DNA from: Candidatus Omnitrophota bacterium
GTDB lineage: Bacteria > Omnitrophota > Omnitrophia > Omnitrophales > Aquincolibacteriaceae
Assembly (NCBI GenBank): GCA_043803685.1
Contig: JAZDJU010000072.1
Location: 1-64,000, forward strand
Length of the DNA: 64,000 bases
Direction of reading: 5' to 3'
This document shows positions 9,826 to 19,416 of this stretch, piece by piece (position 1 is the stretch's first letter; the number at the start of each line of letters is the position of its first letter). Below the pieces are notes generated by a model. It made no database searches, was not told the DNA's origin, and worked only from the letters and a program-made list of their open reading frames with translations. The translations under genes and the position numbers were made by a program.

Positions 9826-10392
9826 ATGGTCATTGCATCAGATATCCGGGTAGGGAATGTGATCCGCGTCGACGGGAAACTCTGCAAGGTTCTCACTCAG
9901 GAGATCCGTGGGACGGGGAAATTCGGCAAGAGCGCGATGCTGAAGCTCAGGAGCCTCGAAGAAGGGAATGTGATCGAAAAAAAAATGTCCGCGGATGCGA
10001 CCGCCGATGAAGTGGAAGTGAACGTCGTAAAAATGCAGTATCTCTATCGCGAGGGGGAGCAGTTCGTGTTCATGAATATGGACAATTACGAACAGTTCCA
10101 GATCTCTGCAAAGGCGGTCGGCAAGCACGAGGTGTTCCTGAGAGAAAATGAAGTGATCGAGGTGCTTTTCGGGGAAGGCAAGGCTTTGAGTGTTGCCTTC
10201 CCGAAGATCGTTGAGCTTAAAGTGGTGAGCACGCCGAAGGGGATAGGGTCCGATGCGAATTTCAAAGAGGCTGAACTTGAGAACGGTCTTAAGGTTCTCG
10301 TGCCGCAATTTGTCAGTGAGGGTGAAACGATCCGCCTCAATACGGATGACCTGAGCTATCTGGACCGGATCTCTGTCAGAAGTATGTCCTGA
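9826..10392 (+). CDS. efp: Elongation factor P family protein (divergent loop)
   Basis: MQYLY..F.FM...YEQ, ELENG..V.VP.F..EGE.I..; loop is RGTGKFG instead of KPGKG. Confidence 0.85.
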   Translation: MVIASDIRVGNVIRVDGKLCKVLTQEIRGTGKFGKSAMLKLRSLEEGNVIEKKMSADATADEVEVNVVKMQYLYREGEQFVFMNMDNYEQFQISAKAVGKHEVFLRENEVIEVLFGEGKALSVAFPKIVELKVVSTPKGIGSDANFKEAELENGLKVLVPQFVSEGETIRLNTDDLSYLDRISVRSMS

Positions 10393-10427
10393 ACATCAAG
10401 AGCGCGATCGCTGGTAAAGGAGAGACA

Positions 10428-10973
10428 ATGAAAAAGGTTCTTGGTTTATTCCTTGTGGGAGCTTTGCTGGCGGTGTTTTTGATTTCCGGAGAAGCGCAAG
10501 GCGGGAAAGCGCAGAAGCTGGAGCTTCGTAGTTCCGCGTTCAGCGAAGGGGAACGGATCCCCTCGGATTTCACCTGCGAGGGGGCCGACATGTCACCGCC
10601 GCTCGCGTGGTCCGGAGTTCCGGACAATGCTGAAAGTCTCGCGATCATTGTTGAGGATCCCGACGCTCCGGCGAAGAACTGGACCCACTGGCTGATCTAC
10701 GATCTTCCCGCGACTTTGAGCCAGCTTCCGACGGGCATTATTTCCGGGCAGGAATTCTTTGCCGGCGGTTCACAAGGGCTCAATGATTTCAAGGAACTGG
10801 GCTATGGCGGGCCGTGTCCTCCGGGCGGAGAGCATCGTTACCTGTTCAAGATCTATGCCCTTGACGCAATGCTTCAATTGAAAGCCGGAGCATCGAAGCA
10901 GGAACTGCTTCAGGCCATGCGTGGGCATATTCTTGCCGAAGGTTCATTGACCGGACAATATGACCGTTCCTGA
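10428..10973 (+). CDS. YbhB/YbcL (PEBP) family protein with signal peptide
   Basis: SPPLAW, DPDAP, HW, YGGPCPP..HRY. Confidence 0.93.
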   Translation: MKKVLGLFLVGALLAVFLISGEAQGGKAQKLELRSSAFSEGERIPSDFTCEGADMSPPLAWSGVPDNAESLAIIVEDPDAPAKNWTHWLIYDLPATLSQLPTGIISGQEFFAGGSQGLNDFKELGYGGPCPPGGEHRYLFKIYALDAMLQLKAGASKQELLQAMRGHILAEGSLTGQYDRS

Positions 10974-10991
10974 AAAACGCGGGAGGTTGCT

Positions 10992-11393
10992 ATGAATACA
11001 GCCCCTGAGGTTCATCATCGCAAAAAGCGGATCCTTGCTGTGGATGATGATGGATTGGTGAGGAGGTCGCTAGAGCTCTTGCTGCGTGGAGCCGGCTATG
11101 AGCCGGTGGTGGCAAGTAGCGGGCAGGAAGCACTCGGGTTTCTTGTTCAGAGGCACTTTGACCTTTTGATCACAGATATGCGCATGCCCGGCATGGATGG
11201 ACTCCAGGTGATCCAGGCGGTCCGGCAGTATTGTCAGGAAATGAAAAAGCATCCGATCCCCGAGATCGTGCTCACGGCCTATAACGATGAACCGACCCGG
11301 CAGTCCGCGGTTTGTTTGGGAGTGAAGGAATTCCTTCTGAAACCGTTCAAGGTCGAAGAGTTTTTGGAAGTTTTGAAGCGCAACCTGGGCTAG
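10992..11393 (+). CDS. Single-domain response regulator
   Basis: VDDD, DMRMPGMDG, KPF. Confidence 0.92.
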   Translation: MNTAPEVHHRKKRILAVDDDGLVRRSLELLLRGAGYEPVVASSGQEALGFLVQRHFDLLITDMRMPGMDGLQVIQAVRQYCQEMKKHPIPEIVLTAYNDEPTRQSAVCLGVKEFLLKPFKVEEFLEVLKRNLG

Positions 11394-11461
11394 TGAGCCC
11401 CCTCGAAAAGGGGTTTGCAACGGCCGTTTGCATTTTTTAAGAGATAAGGTATCATGCTCCC

Positions 11462-11833
11462 ATGAAACCCAATGATCTGGATTTCGAGATCTCATTTCTC
11501 GAAGGTGTTCTGAAGCATCGCCCCGATTATGTGGACGCCTTGGCCCCGCTTGCCGAAGCCTACACGCGGCGCGGTCTCTTTGAAAAGGGACTGGAGATCG
11601 ACAAGAGGCTCGCTTGCCTTTGTCAGGATGATCCGGTCGTTCATTATAATCTGGCCTGCAGCTATGTTCTTTCCGGTTATACCGCGAAGGCATTGACGGC
11701 GCTCAAGAGGGCGGTTCGTCTCGGATTCACAGACCTGGGTCATCTGGAAAAGGACCCCGACCTGAAGCCTTTGCGCGAGTATCCCCCGTTCCAGAAGTGG
11801 CTTTTGACCCTAGCGCGGAAAACAAAATCCTGA
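11462..11833 (+). CDS. TPR-repeat protein
   Basis: YNLACSY..A...L..A..GF..DPDL motif. Confidence 0.8.
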   Translation: MKPNDLDFEISFLEGVLKHRPDYVDALAPLAEAYTRRGLFEKGLEIDKRLACLCQDDPVVHYNLACSYVLSGYTAKALTALKRAVRLGFTDLGHLEKDPDLKPLREYPPFQKWLLTLARKTKS

Positions 11834-11854
11834 AAAGTTCCAACCCAGGCTCTC

Positions 11855-12958
11855 ATGACCCTTTCTCCTAAGTCGAAGCGTAAGAAATCTGAACATATTG
11901 CGGCCCTGCACGGCCGGAAGCTGCTCCGGTTCCTTGAAAAAATGAAGGACGCTCTTTCGCCTCTCTTGATCGTAACGCACGATTACCCCGATCCGGACGC
12001 GATCGCGACAGCCATGGCGCTTCAATACCTTGCGGAACGTCTTTACGGGATCAAGTCCCGGATCGTTTATAAGGGGATCATCGGACGCGTGGAGAACCGC
12101 GCCATGGTGGCCCTTCTGAAGGTTCCCATTCATAAGTTCCGTCCTTCGGACATCCGCAGCTATGAGCATGCCGCGCTGATCGATACCCAGCCGGAATTCG
12201 AGAACAACCCTTATCCGAGGAACAAGAAGGTCACCTTGGTGATCGACCAGCACCCGTATGTGAAAAGGCCGCTGGCCGAACTTGCCATTATCGATCCGGA
12301 GTGCGGTGCCACGAGCGTGATCCTCACCCAGGCGCTCCTTTTAAGCGGTTGTGAGATCCCGAAACGGATCGCGACGGCGCTCGCGTATGGGATCCTTTCG
12401 GACACGCTGAATCTCTACCGGGCTCGGCGGGCGGATATCATCCAAACCTATCTGGACATTCTGCCGCTTTGTGATATGCGGGTTCTCATTCGTATCCAGA
12501 ATCCGCCGAAGTCGAAAAAATTTTTCAGTACCTTGAACCGGGGACTTCAAGGAGCGTTCGCTTTCAGGGGTGTGATCGTATCCCATCTTGGGGAAGTGGA
12601 GCACCCGGACCTGGTTTCCGAGATCGCGGATTTTCTTCTGACCTACCGCGGCATGGAGCGGTCGCTGTGCACGGGGCGCTACAAGGGCAAACTTCACGTG
12701 TCGCTACGTAGCAACCGGCTGACGGACGAAACCCCGGAGATCCTTCGCGATATTTTCGACGACCGGAAGGAAGCCGGTGGCCACGACATGGTCGCGGGCG
12801 GTAGTTTTCATGTGCGGGGTAGAGACAAAGATGACGCGCACTGGGGGGACGTTGAAAACCAACTGGTGGGCCGTCTTCTCAAACGCTTGCGTCTTCCCGC
12901 CCGGCCCCATTTTTACAAGCCTTTCGAGCACGAAAAGCCTGCTCCGGCAGACGCGTGA
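11855..12958 (+). CDS. DHH/DHHA1 family phosphoesterase
   Basis: H..PDPDA, IDQH (DHH variant), SDT, AGGH. Confidence 0.85.
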   Translation: MTLSPKSKRKKSEHIAALHGRKLLRFLEKMKDALSPLLIVTHDYPDPDAIATAMALQYLAERLYGIKSRIVYKGIIGRVENRAMVALLKVPIHKFRPSDIRSYEHAALIDTQPEFENNPYPRNKKVTLVIDQHPYVKRPLAELAIIDPECGATSVILTQALLLSGCEIPKRIATALAYGILSDTLNLYRARRADIIQTYLDILPLCDMRVLIRIQNPPKSKKFFSTLNRGLQGAFAFRGVIVSHLGEVEHPDLVSEIADFLLTYRGMERSLCTGRYKGKLHVSLRSNRLTDETPEILRDIFDDRKEAGGHDMVAGGSFHVRGRDKDDAHWGDVENQLVGRLLKRLRLPARPHFYKPFEHEKPAPADA

Positions 12959-13065
12959 CCCTTCTTTGGGAAGGCTGTTGAGCTTTAATTGATTTACAAA
13001 AATTTTCTACACGGACTATAATGCGTCCGTTGTTTTCACCATCTCATCACCTGGAAGGAGTCTTT

Positions 13066-13662
13066 ATGAAAAAGGGATTGCTCATTGTTCTCGCTGTTAT
13101 TGTTCTCACAGTTCTTTTCGGGGCGTTGGTGTTTGGCGGTGTTTATAATAATCTCGTGACCAAGGATGAAGGCGTTAAGAGCTCCTGGGCCCAGGTGGAA
13201 AACGTCTATCAGCGGCGTGCGGATCTTGTGCCGAACCTGGTTGCGACCGTCAAAGGCTACGCCGCGCATGAAAAAGAAACCCTTCTTAATGTTGTTGAGG
13301 CGCGCAACAAGGTTTCCAGGACGAATGTTTCTCCCGAGATGCTCGGTAATCCGGATGCTCTTGCGAAATTCCAGGAGGCTCAGACCCAGCTCAGTTCAGC
13401 GTTGGGCCGTCTCATGGTGGTGGTAGAACGGTATCCCGACCTTAAGGCCAGTCAGAATTTTCTCGAGCTTCAGACCCAGCTGGAAGGCACGGAAAATCGC
13501 ATTACGGTGGAGCGCAAACGCTTCAACGAAGCCTCCCAGGATTTCAACGCTTTTCGCCGTCGTTTCCCGAATGTGATCGTCGCGAACCTCCTGGGCTTCA
13601 ACGGTAAAGTCTATTTTCAGGCCGACCAGGATGCCAAGACCGTTCCCCAGGTCAAGTTCTAG
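13066..13662 (+). CDS. lemA: LemA family protein
   Basis: YN.LV, QRRADLVPNLV.TVKGY, E.YPDLKA, TENRI; RBS GAAGGAG before ATG 13066. Confidence 0.95.
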   Translation: MKKGLLIVLAVIVLTVLFGALVFGGVYNNLVTKDEGVKSSWAQVENVYQRRADLVPNLVATVKGYAAHEKETLLNVVEARNKVSRTNVSPEMLGNPDALAKFQEAQTQLSSALGRLMVVVERYPDLKASQNFLELQTQLEGTENRITVERKRFNEASQDFNAFRRRFPNVIVANLLGFNGKVYFQADQDAKTVPQVKF

Positions 13663-13676
13663 TCTTTCGCGGAAAA

Positions 13677-14468
13677 ATGGGAAAGTCCTGCCCTCCATCC
13701 ATGAAGAGAAATCCTCCCTCGGGGAAGCGCATTTTTCTTAGAAAAGCCATCCGGCCTGTTCTTGTCTTGACGTTCCTTCTCTTTTCAGGATTGCCTGCCC
13801 TTTCTGCACTTCAGGTGCCATCGCGTCCAGAGGGTTATGTGACCGATCGCGCGGGACTGTTGTCCTCATCTTCCAAGGAAAATCTGGAAACGACCCTTCG
13901 CAGTTTCGACGAAAAAACATCAAATCAGGTCGTCGTAGCCACTTTCCCGTCCCTTGAAGGTGACTCACTCGAGGATTTTTCCTTGCGGCTTGCCGAGGCA
14001 TGGAAGGCGGGGCAGAAGAAAAAAGACAACGGCGTGATCTTTCTGATCTTCAAGAACGACCGGAAGGTTCGTATCGAGGTCGGCTATGGCCTGGAGGGTG
14101 TTCTGACGGATGCCTTGTCGGGACAGATCATTCGTCAGGTCGTGGCGCCGTACTTTCGCAAGGGAGATTACGAGGGCGGGATCCTGGCCGGTACGAATGC
14201 GATCATGCTGGCCACGCAGGGCGAGTTCAAGGGGGTTCCAGGGAAAAAGGGTCCTAAAGATCCGATGATGTTCCTGATTCTTTTCTGTGTATTTTTCACC
14301 TTTCATCTTTGGGCGCGGCACAGCTCAAGATTGGGGGGAAGGCGCGGGGGTCGTGGCTTTATTTTCACTCCCATGGGCGGAGGCTTTCGCAGTGGCGGCG
14401 GAGGGTTCGGTGGCTTTAGCGGCGGCGGGGGCGGTTTTGGCGGTGGTGGAGCGAGCGGGGGCTGGTAA
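13677..14468 (+). CDS. TPM domain protein with Gly-rich C-terminal tail (start uncertain)
   Basis: DNGV..RIEVGYGLEG.L.D, GGGFGGGGASGGW tail. Confidence 0.9.
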   Translation: MGKSCPPSMKRNPPSGKRIFLRKAIRPVLVLTFLLFSGLPALSALQVPSRPEGYVTDRAGLLSSSSKENLETTLRSFDEKTSNQVVVATFPSLEGDSLEDFSLRLAEAWKAGQKKKDNGVIFLIFKNDRKVRIEVGYGLEGVLTDALSGQIIRQVVAPYFRKGDYEGGILAGTNAIMLATQGEFKGVPGKKGPKDPMMFLILFCVFFTFHLWARHSSRLGGRRGGRGFIFTPMGGGFRSGGGGFGGFSGGGGGFGGGGASGGW

Positions 14469-14909
14469 ATGAGGATCCCTTATCCGGTGTTTTTCTTCTC
14501 AAGAAAAGAAAAAGAAAAGATCCTTGCCGCGGTCCATGAAGCTGAAAAGAATACCTCCGGGGAAGTTCGCGTGCACCTGGAGTACCGGGCCCAAGAACCT
14601 GTCTATGGGCATGCGCAAAAGGTTTTTCACCGGATCGGGATGACGAAGACGGCGCAAAGGAACGGCGTTCTGATATTTCTCGCGACGGGGAACAAGAAGT
14701 TCGCGATCCTGGGGGATGTCGGGATCGATGAGAAAGTCCCCGAGGGTTTCTGGAATGATGTCGTTCAGGGCCTGCAGGCGCGTTTTAAACGGAATGAGTT
14801 CGCCGAGGGGCTAACGGATGCGATCCTGCTTATCGGAGAAAAGTTGAAAGCCTATTTTCCTTACGAGGCTTATGATAAGAATGAACTTCCGAACCAGATT
14901 TCCTATTGA
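14469..14909 (+). CDS. TPM domain protein
   Basis: AE..TSGE.RV, RNGVLI, GD.GI, NELPN.IS. Confidence 0.88.
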   Translation: MRIPYPVFFFSRKEKEKILAAVHEAEKNTSGEVRVHLEYRAQEPVYGHAQKVFHRIGMTKTAQRNGVLIFLATGNKKFAILGDVGIDEKVPEGFWNDVVQGLQARFKRNEFAEGLTDAILLIGEKLKAYFPYEAYDKNELPNQISY

Positions 14910-14998
14910 TCGATATCGCAGGGCGTAGGTCACCACGGAACAAAAATCTTTAGCTTGGGGTTTCGACGACATACGATATGCGATATACGGCATACGGG
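14908..14998. repeat. Degenerate heptamer array (ATACGnn)
   Basis: atacgat atgcgat atacggc atacggg, with weaker inverse units upstream. Confidence 0.55.
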
Positions 14999-15004
14999 TT
15001 TTAA

Positions 15005-15544
15005 ATGGATATTCACGATTCCTGGGAGAAAGCGCTCAAAGTTACCGAGATCATCCGGCCTCGCGTCCAGCCTCTTCATACCTTTGAGGCGACGCAGATC
15101 CCGTATGTGTTCCTGGCCGAATCCTCTGTGAATCAGGGCGACACAGTCGTGCGCAAGGGAGAGGTGACGGTCGATAAACCCTCGATCATTTTGCCGCCGA
15201 ACCTGCCGCAATTCGAAGGGTTCGAATTCGACAAGAAGTTCTCGGGCGTCGAGGATTATCTGACGACCTTTCTTTTTGTGAGGGGGATCCGTTTTCCTTC
15301 CATGAAGTACGAGAACAAGATCAATTCCCTGGATATCCGCGAAGAAAAGCTTTCGAAGGCGGTGGAGTTTTTTTCTCACGCTCTTCAGCGTCAGGAAAAT
15401 GTTTCGACAGGTCTTGTGATCGGTCCGGAGGACTGCTGGCAGTTCTCGATCCTGATCTTTGTCTGCAGTCAGATCACGCGCTCTGCGGAAGGGGACATCC
15501 GGAAGCTTTTCGACCGTTTCCGGGATTTCGGAGAAGCATCGTAA
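15005..15544 (+). CDS. Hypothetical protein
   Basis: 179-aa ORF in operon orientation with host-like codon usage. Confidence 0.7.
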   Translation: MDIHDSWEKALKVTEIIRPRVQPLHTFEATQIPYVFLAESSVNQGDTVVRKGEVTVDKPSIILPPNLPQFEGFEFDKKFSGVEDYLTTFLFVRGIRFPSMKYENKINSLDIREEKLSKAVEFFSHALQRQENVSTGLVIGPEDCWQFSILIFVCSQITRSAEGDIRKLFDRFRDFGEAS

Positions 15545-15601
15545 GAAAAGGGTTTAGATCCCGGGGAGCGTCGCGATACGGGTTCTATCAAGAAAGGGAA
15601 C

Positions 15602-17440
15602 ATGACTAAAGACAGCGCATCATTCTTGAATTCCCAATGCGGGAAGATCTGGAAAAAAGTGGGCGCCAGGCGGCGCGCCGGTGTGATCACGCCGCTTTTT
15701 TCTCTTTATTCGGAACAAAGTATCGGGATCGGAGAAGTTCCGGACCTGAAACTTTTGATCGATTGGTGCGGGAAGACGGGGCTTTCGATCATCCAGTTGT
15801 TGCCCCTGAACGATGTCGGTTTTGATTTCCGTCCTTATGACGCCCAAAGCAGTATGGCGCTTGATCCCATGTATCTCTCCCTCGAAGACCTCGTCGATTG
15901 CGATCTCCAGTCTTTCTCCAATGATCTCGCGGCCCTGAGAAAGAGCTTTCCAGCCGGCAAGGGACGAGTGGATTACGGGATCAAAAAAGCCAAGCTCGAT
16001 CTCTTAGCCAGGATCTTCGCGAGTCCCGCGTCTTCCAAGAGGGGAAAGGGATTCCTGAGTTTTCTTAAAGAGCATAGGAGTTGGCTGGAAGATTACGCTA
16101 TTTTCAAGACCTTGAAAGAGGAATTCCCGATGAGTGGGTGGGCGGATTGGCCTGAAGGGCTCCGGGACAAGCAGGCTAAACCTGTCGCGGCAATTGTAAG
16201 GAAGCATAAGAACAAGATCCTTTTTTACAAATGGCTTCAATGGCAGTTATTCGCCCAGTTCAAGGACGTAAAACAATATGCCACAAAGTGCGGCGTGCTG
16301 CTCATGGGGGACATGCCTTTTTTGGTGTCACGTGACAGCGCGGATGTTTGGGCCCATCAGGAATATTTCAAGTTAGCGCTTTCCTCCGGCGCGCCTCCCG
16401 ACCTTTATTTCGCGCAGGGACAACGCTGGGGCATGCCGCCTTATGACTGGGCGCGGATCGCAGCCGATGATTTCAATTACATGCGCCAGAAAATGAAATG
16501 CGCGGAAAATCTTTTTGACCTTTACCGCATCGATCACTTTGTCGGGATGTTCCGTCTCTGGACGATCTCGCTTGCGGAGCCCGTCGAGCACGCGGGGATG
16601 TGCGGCCGTTTTGATCCTGAAGACGAGCGTCTCTGGAAGGACCATGGCGAGCGGATCCTGGAGGTGATGCTTGAGAGCGCCAAGATGCTTCCTTGCGCCG
16701 AGGATCTGGGGGTGGTTCCAAAATGTTCCTATGAGATCCTGGAGGAATACATGATCCCCGGGTCGGATGTTCAGCGGTGGGTCAGGAACTGGGGGAAGGA
16801 TTACCGGTTCAAGGCGGGCGAGGACTACCGTGTCAATTCCATGGCCATGATCTCCACGCACGACACGAGCGCTTTTTGCGCCTGGTGGGAATATGAAGCG
16901 GGTACCGTGGATGAATGGTTCTTTCAGAAGAAATGCGGAGAGTGCGGCGTCTCGTTCGATCCTATCAAAGAGCGCCTCTTCGATCTCCAGCATTCCAGGC
17001 ACGGTCGTTTGCGGTGGCGCCGGGAGATCGAGAGCGTCGGAATGCTTCTGGCGATCTTGGGAAAGAACCACGATGAAGCTTGGCATCTTGTCGATGCTTA
17101 CCGCAGTTCTCATGAAGAGCGGAAATTTTACTGGCAACACGTGGGGATGCCCGGGCCGGTGGAGCCCAAAGCTTCTCCGGAATTTGTCAGGAAAGCGCTC
17201 GAGAGCGTGAATGGCACGCGCTCGATCTTTAGCCTCCAGATCCTTCAGGACTGGCTCTCTCTTGGAGAGTTCCCGGAACGGGATTCCTGGGATTACCGGA
17301 TCAATGTCCCGGGAAGTATGGGGACGAACAACTGGTCGATCACCGCTCCTTTTTCGCTGGAGGCCATGCAGAAACTTTCATTCAACAAAGCGATCCGCAA
17401 GATGGTGGTTGATTCCGGGCGGCTTGTTCCCATAAAATAG
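15602..17440 (+). CDS. malQ: 4-alpha-glucanotransferase (GH77)
   Basis: QLLPLND, GD.PF.VS.DSADVW, GAPPD, RIDH, AEDLG, THD, NVPG..NW. Confidence 0.93.
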   Translation: MTKDSASFLNSQCGKIWKKVGARRRAGVITPLFSLYSEQSIGIGEVPDLKLLIDWCGKTGLSIIQLLPLNDVGFDFRPYDAQSSMALDPMYLSLEDLVDCDLQSFSNDLAALRKSFPAGKGRVDYGIKKAKLDLLARIFASPASSKRGKGFLSFLKEHRSWLEDYAIFKTLKEEFPMSGWADWPEGLRDKQAKPVAAIVRKHKNKILFYKWLQWQLFAQFKDVKQYATKCGVLLMGDMPFLVSRDSADVWAHQEYFKLALSSGAPPDLYFAQGQRWGMPPYDWARIAADDFNYMRQKMKCAENLFDLYRIDHFVGMFRLWTISLAEPVEHAGMCGRFDPEDERLWKDHGERILEVMLESAKMLPCAEDLGVVPKCSYEILEEYMIPGSDVQRWVRNWGKDYRFKAGEDYRVNSMAMISTHDTSAFCAWWEYEAGTVDEWFFQKKCGECGVSFDPIKERLFDLQHSRHGRLRWRREIESVGMLLAILGKNHDEAWHLVDAYRSSHEERKFYWQHVGMPGPVEPKASPEFVRKALESVNGTRSIFSLQILQDWLSLGEFPERDSWDYRINVPGSMGTNNWSITAPFSLEAMQKLSFNKAIRKMVVDSGRLVPIK

Positions 17441-17447
17441 ACCCCAT

Positions 17448-18176
17448 ATGAAAATGAACCTTCGTTCCGTTCTAACAGGTGTTTTACTGGTGGTGTTGCT
17501 TTCGGGGACTATTTTTTTTATCAAAAGAAATAGACCGGTTCCTGTGTTGGCCCCAAAACCCGCATCGGAGGCTTCACGTCTTTTGAAGGTTCACGGGCCT
17601 GAAACGGCGCCGGTGAAGATCGTTGAATACAGCGACTTCGAATGTCCCTCCTGCCGTGCCGTACAAGAGGACGTTCAAAGATTTTTCAAGAGCTATCCCG
17701 GGAAGATCCAGCTGACCTTCAAGCACTTTCCGCTTACGTCGCACAAGTGGTCTCTTTATGCCCACCAGGCCGCGGAATGTATGAACCGACAGGGGAAGTT
17801 CTGGCCGTATCATGACAAGGTCTATGATAAACAGAAAGAATGGGCGCCCTCGATCGTTCCTCCGGTGGAGATCCTGGCGCGGTATGCGCGGGAACTCAGT
17901 GCGGACATGGACCAGTTCGGGAAATGCATGGCGGATGTCAGCGTGACACGGGAGATCTACGCCGAAAAGGAAGAAGGGAATTTGTTGCAGGTTGGCGCTA
18001 CGCCGACGTTCTTTTTGGGCGGGGAACGGTGTGTCGGTCCCAAAGAGATGCAAGGCCGCGGCGAGAACGCGATCCGTAAAATTCTCGGGTTACCGCTGAA
18101 GCCATTGCCTGTGGAGAAAAAGGAGCCGCCCAAGCCTGTTTTTCCCTCGGGGATCCCGAAACAGAAGGAGGCATGA
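17448..18176 (+). CDS. DsbA/thioredoxin-fold disulfide oxidoreductase
   Basis: N-terminal anchor, EYSDFECPSC, HFPL, ATPTFF. Confidence 0.9.
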   Translation: MKMNLRSVLTGVLLVVLLSGTIFFIKRNRPVPVLAPKPASEASRLLKVHGPETAPVKIVEYSDFECPSCRAVQEDVQRFFKSYPGKIQLTFKHFPLTSHKWSLYAHQAAECMNRQGKFWPYHDKVYDKQKEWAPSIVPPVEILARYARELSADMDQFGKCMADVSVTREIYAEKEEGNLLQVGATPTFFLGGERCVGPKEMQGRGENAIRKILGLPLKPLPVEKKEPPKPVFPSGIPKQKEA

Positions 18177-18640
18177 TGTCGGAAAAAAGCTATAAGATCC
18201 TTTTCCTTGGCCGAATATTCATCGGGTTGGTTTTCGCGTATTCCGGGTTCACGAAGTTGCTCGAGCCCGTCGAAAATTTTCAGGGGGGGATGGCCGCTTA
18301 TGATGTCATTCCCTACGCTCTGATCCCGTTCCTTGCGCACGTGATCCCGTGGGTCGAATTCTTTTTTGGCGCTTTTTTGATACTGGGGTATTTGCCCCGG
18401 TTTAGCGCGCTTGTGCTGGCCGGGATGTCTGCGAGCTTTGTTCTTCTGATCCTGATCACTCGTATCAAGACAGGGGCGCTTCCTGCCGATTGCGGTTGTT
18501 TCGGGGAGGGGAGTCTTATCCACCTGAAACCCGTTCAAGTCCTTATCATGGATATCTGCAATACGTTGATTGGAATCCGTCTCGCTTTTTACAAGAACCA
18601 CCCCTTCAGCCTAGCCGCTTTTCTTAAGGCCAAGCCCTAA
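18173..18640 (+). CDS. DoxX/MauE family membrane protein
   Basis: R..G..F..SG..K, PWVE, DCGCFG. Confidence 0.85.
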   Translation: MMSEKSYKILFLGRIFIGLVFAYSGFTKLLEPVENFQGGMAAYDVIPYALIPFLAHVIPWVEFFFGAFLILGYLPRFSALVLAGMSASFVLLILITRIKTGALPADCGCFGEGSLIHLKPVQVLIMDICNTLIGIRLAFYKNHPFSLAAFLKAKP

Positions 18641-18796
18641 AAGCGAGCTCAAAGTAATTCTAGAATGAAAGAGAGTCCCAATTCTTGTCATCCTGCCGTC
18701 AAAAAGGCGGGATGAAACATTCCTCGTCAACCCTTTAAGAAGTAAAATTTATGACGAGGACAGAATCGCGGAAATTTGCTATACTCCCGCTTCTTT

Positions 18797-18980
18797 TCGG
18801 GGAGCCCTAATTTCTATTAAAGTAGATTTCAAGGAAATTAGGACTGCACCTGACGCTTGATCGATTTTTCATAATAAGGTTCATCGTGGCGTAGCGCAGC
18901 CCAGTCCCGAGAGCAACGACGAGTTGCGATACGGGCTGCACCAATTCATTTGGAATTGGTGTGGTAGCAAGCGGCTTGGG
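18797..18980 (+). pseudogene. Upstream duplicate of the tRNA-Pro leader and 5' end, with a 60-bp insert in the D-loop
   Basis: About 100 bp closely match 18995-19099 (offset 198 bp); cgtggcgtagcgcagcc [18902-18961] tggtagc..gcttggg. Confidence 0.8.
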
Positions 18981-19082
18981 ATTACAAGGGTTTCTCGGGG
19001 CGCCCTAATTTCTATTAAAAAACATTTCAAGGAAATTAGGACTGCACCCGATGTGCAATCGATTTTTCATAATAAGGTTCAT

Positions 19083-19156
19083 CGGGGCGTAGCGCAGCCT
19101 GGTAGCGCACACGCTTGGGGTGCGTGCGGTCGGAGGTTCAAATCCTCTCGCCCCGA
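19083..19156 (+). tRNA. tRNA-Pro (anticodon GGG); CCA not encoded
   Basis: Acceptor stem cggggcg/cgccccg, D-arm with tggta loop, anticodon arm cacgc-ttGGGgt-gcgtg, T-arm ggagg-ttcaaat-cctct. Confidence 0.96.
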
Positions 19157-19162
19157 AATTCA

Positions 19163-19197
19163 AAAGGCCTGGGAGCTTGTCTCCCGGGCTTTTTGTG
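19163..19197 (+). terminator. Rho-independent terminator after the tRNA
   Basis: ggcctgggag-cttgt-ctcccgggct followed by a T-run. Confidence 0.75.
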
Positions 19198-19416
19198 TTT
19201 AAGGAGGCGGACGAGAGGATGCCCGCGGAATTGAGGACATAGACAGCTTGGCCAATTTTTGACGCCCCCCATACCCGGTATGCCAACCCCCAGCCCCAGG
19301 ACATTTGATATTGAGCGGACGCTCAGAGAATTGCGCATCATTTTTGGAATGGGGTAGAATTCTGTTCAGCCGATCCGCCGGGGTGGTCGATAACCTCAAT
19401 GAAAACAGGAGGTTTT

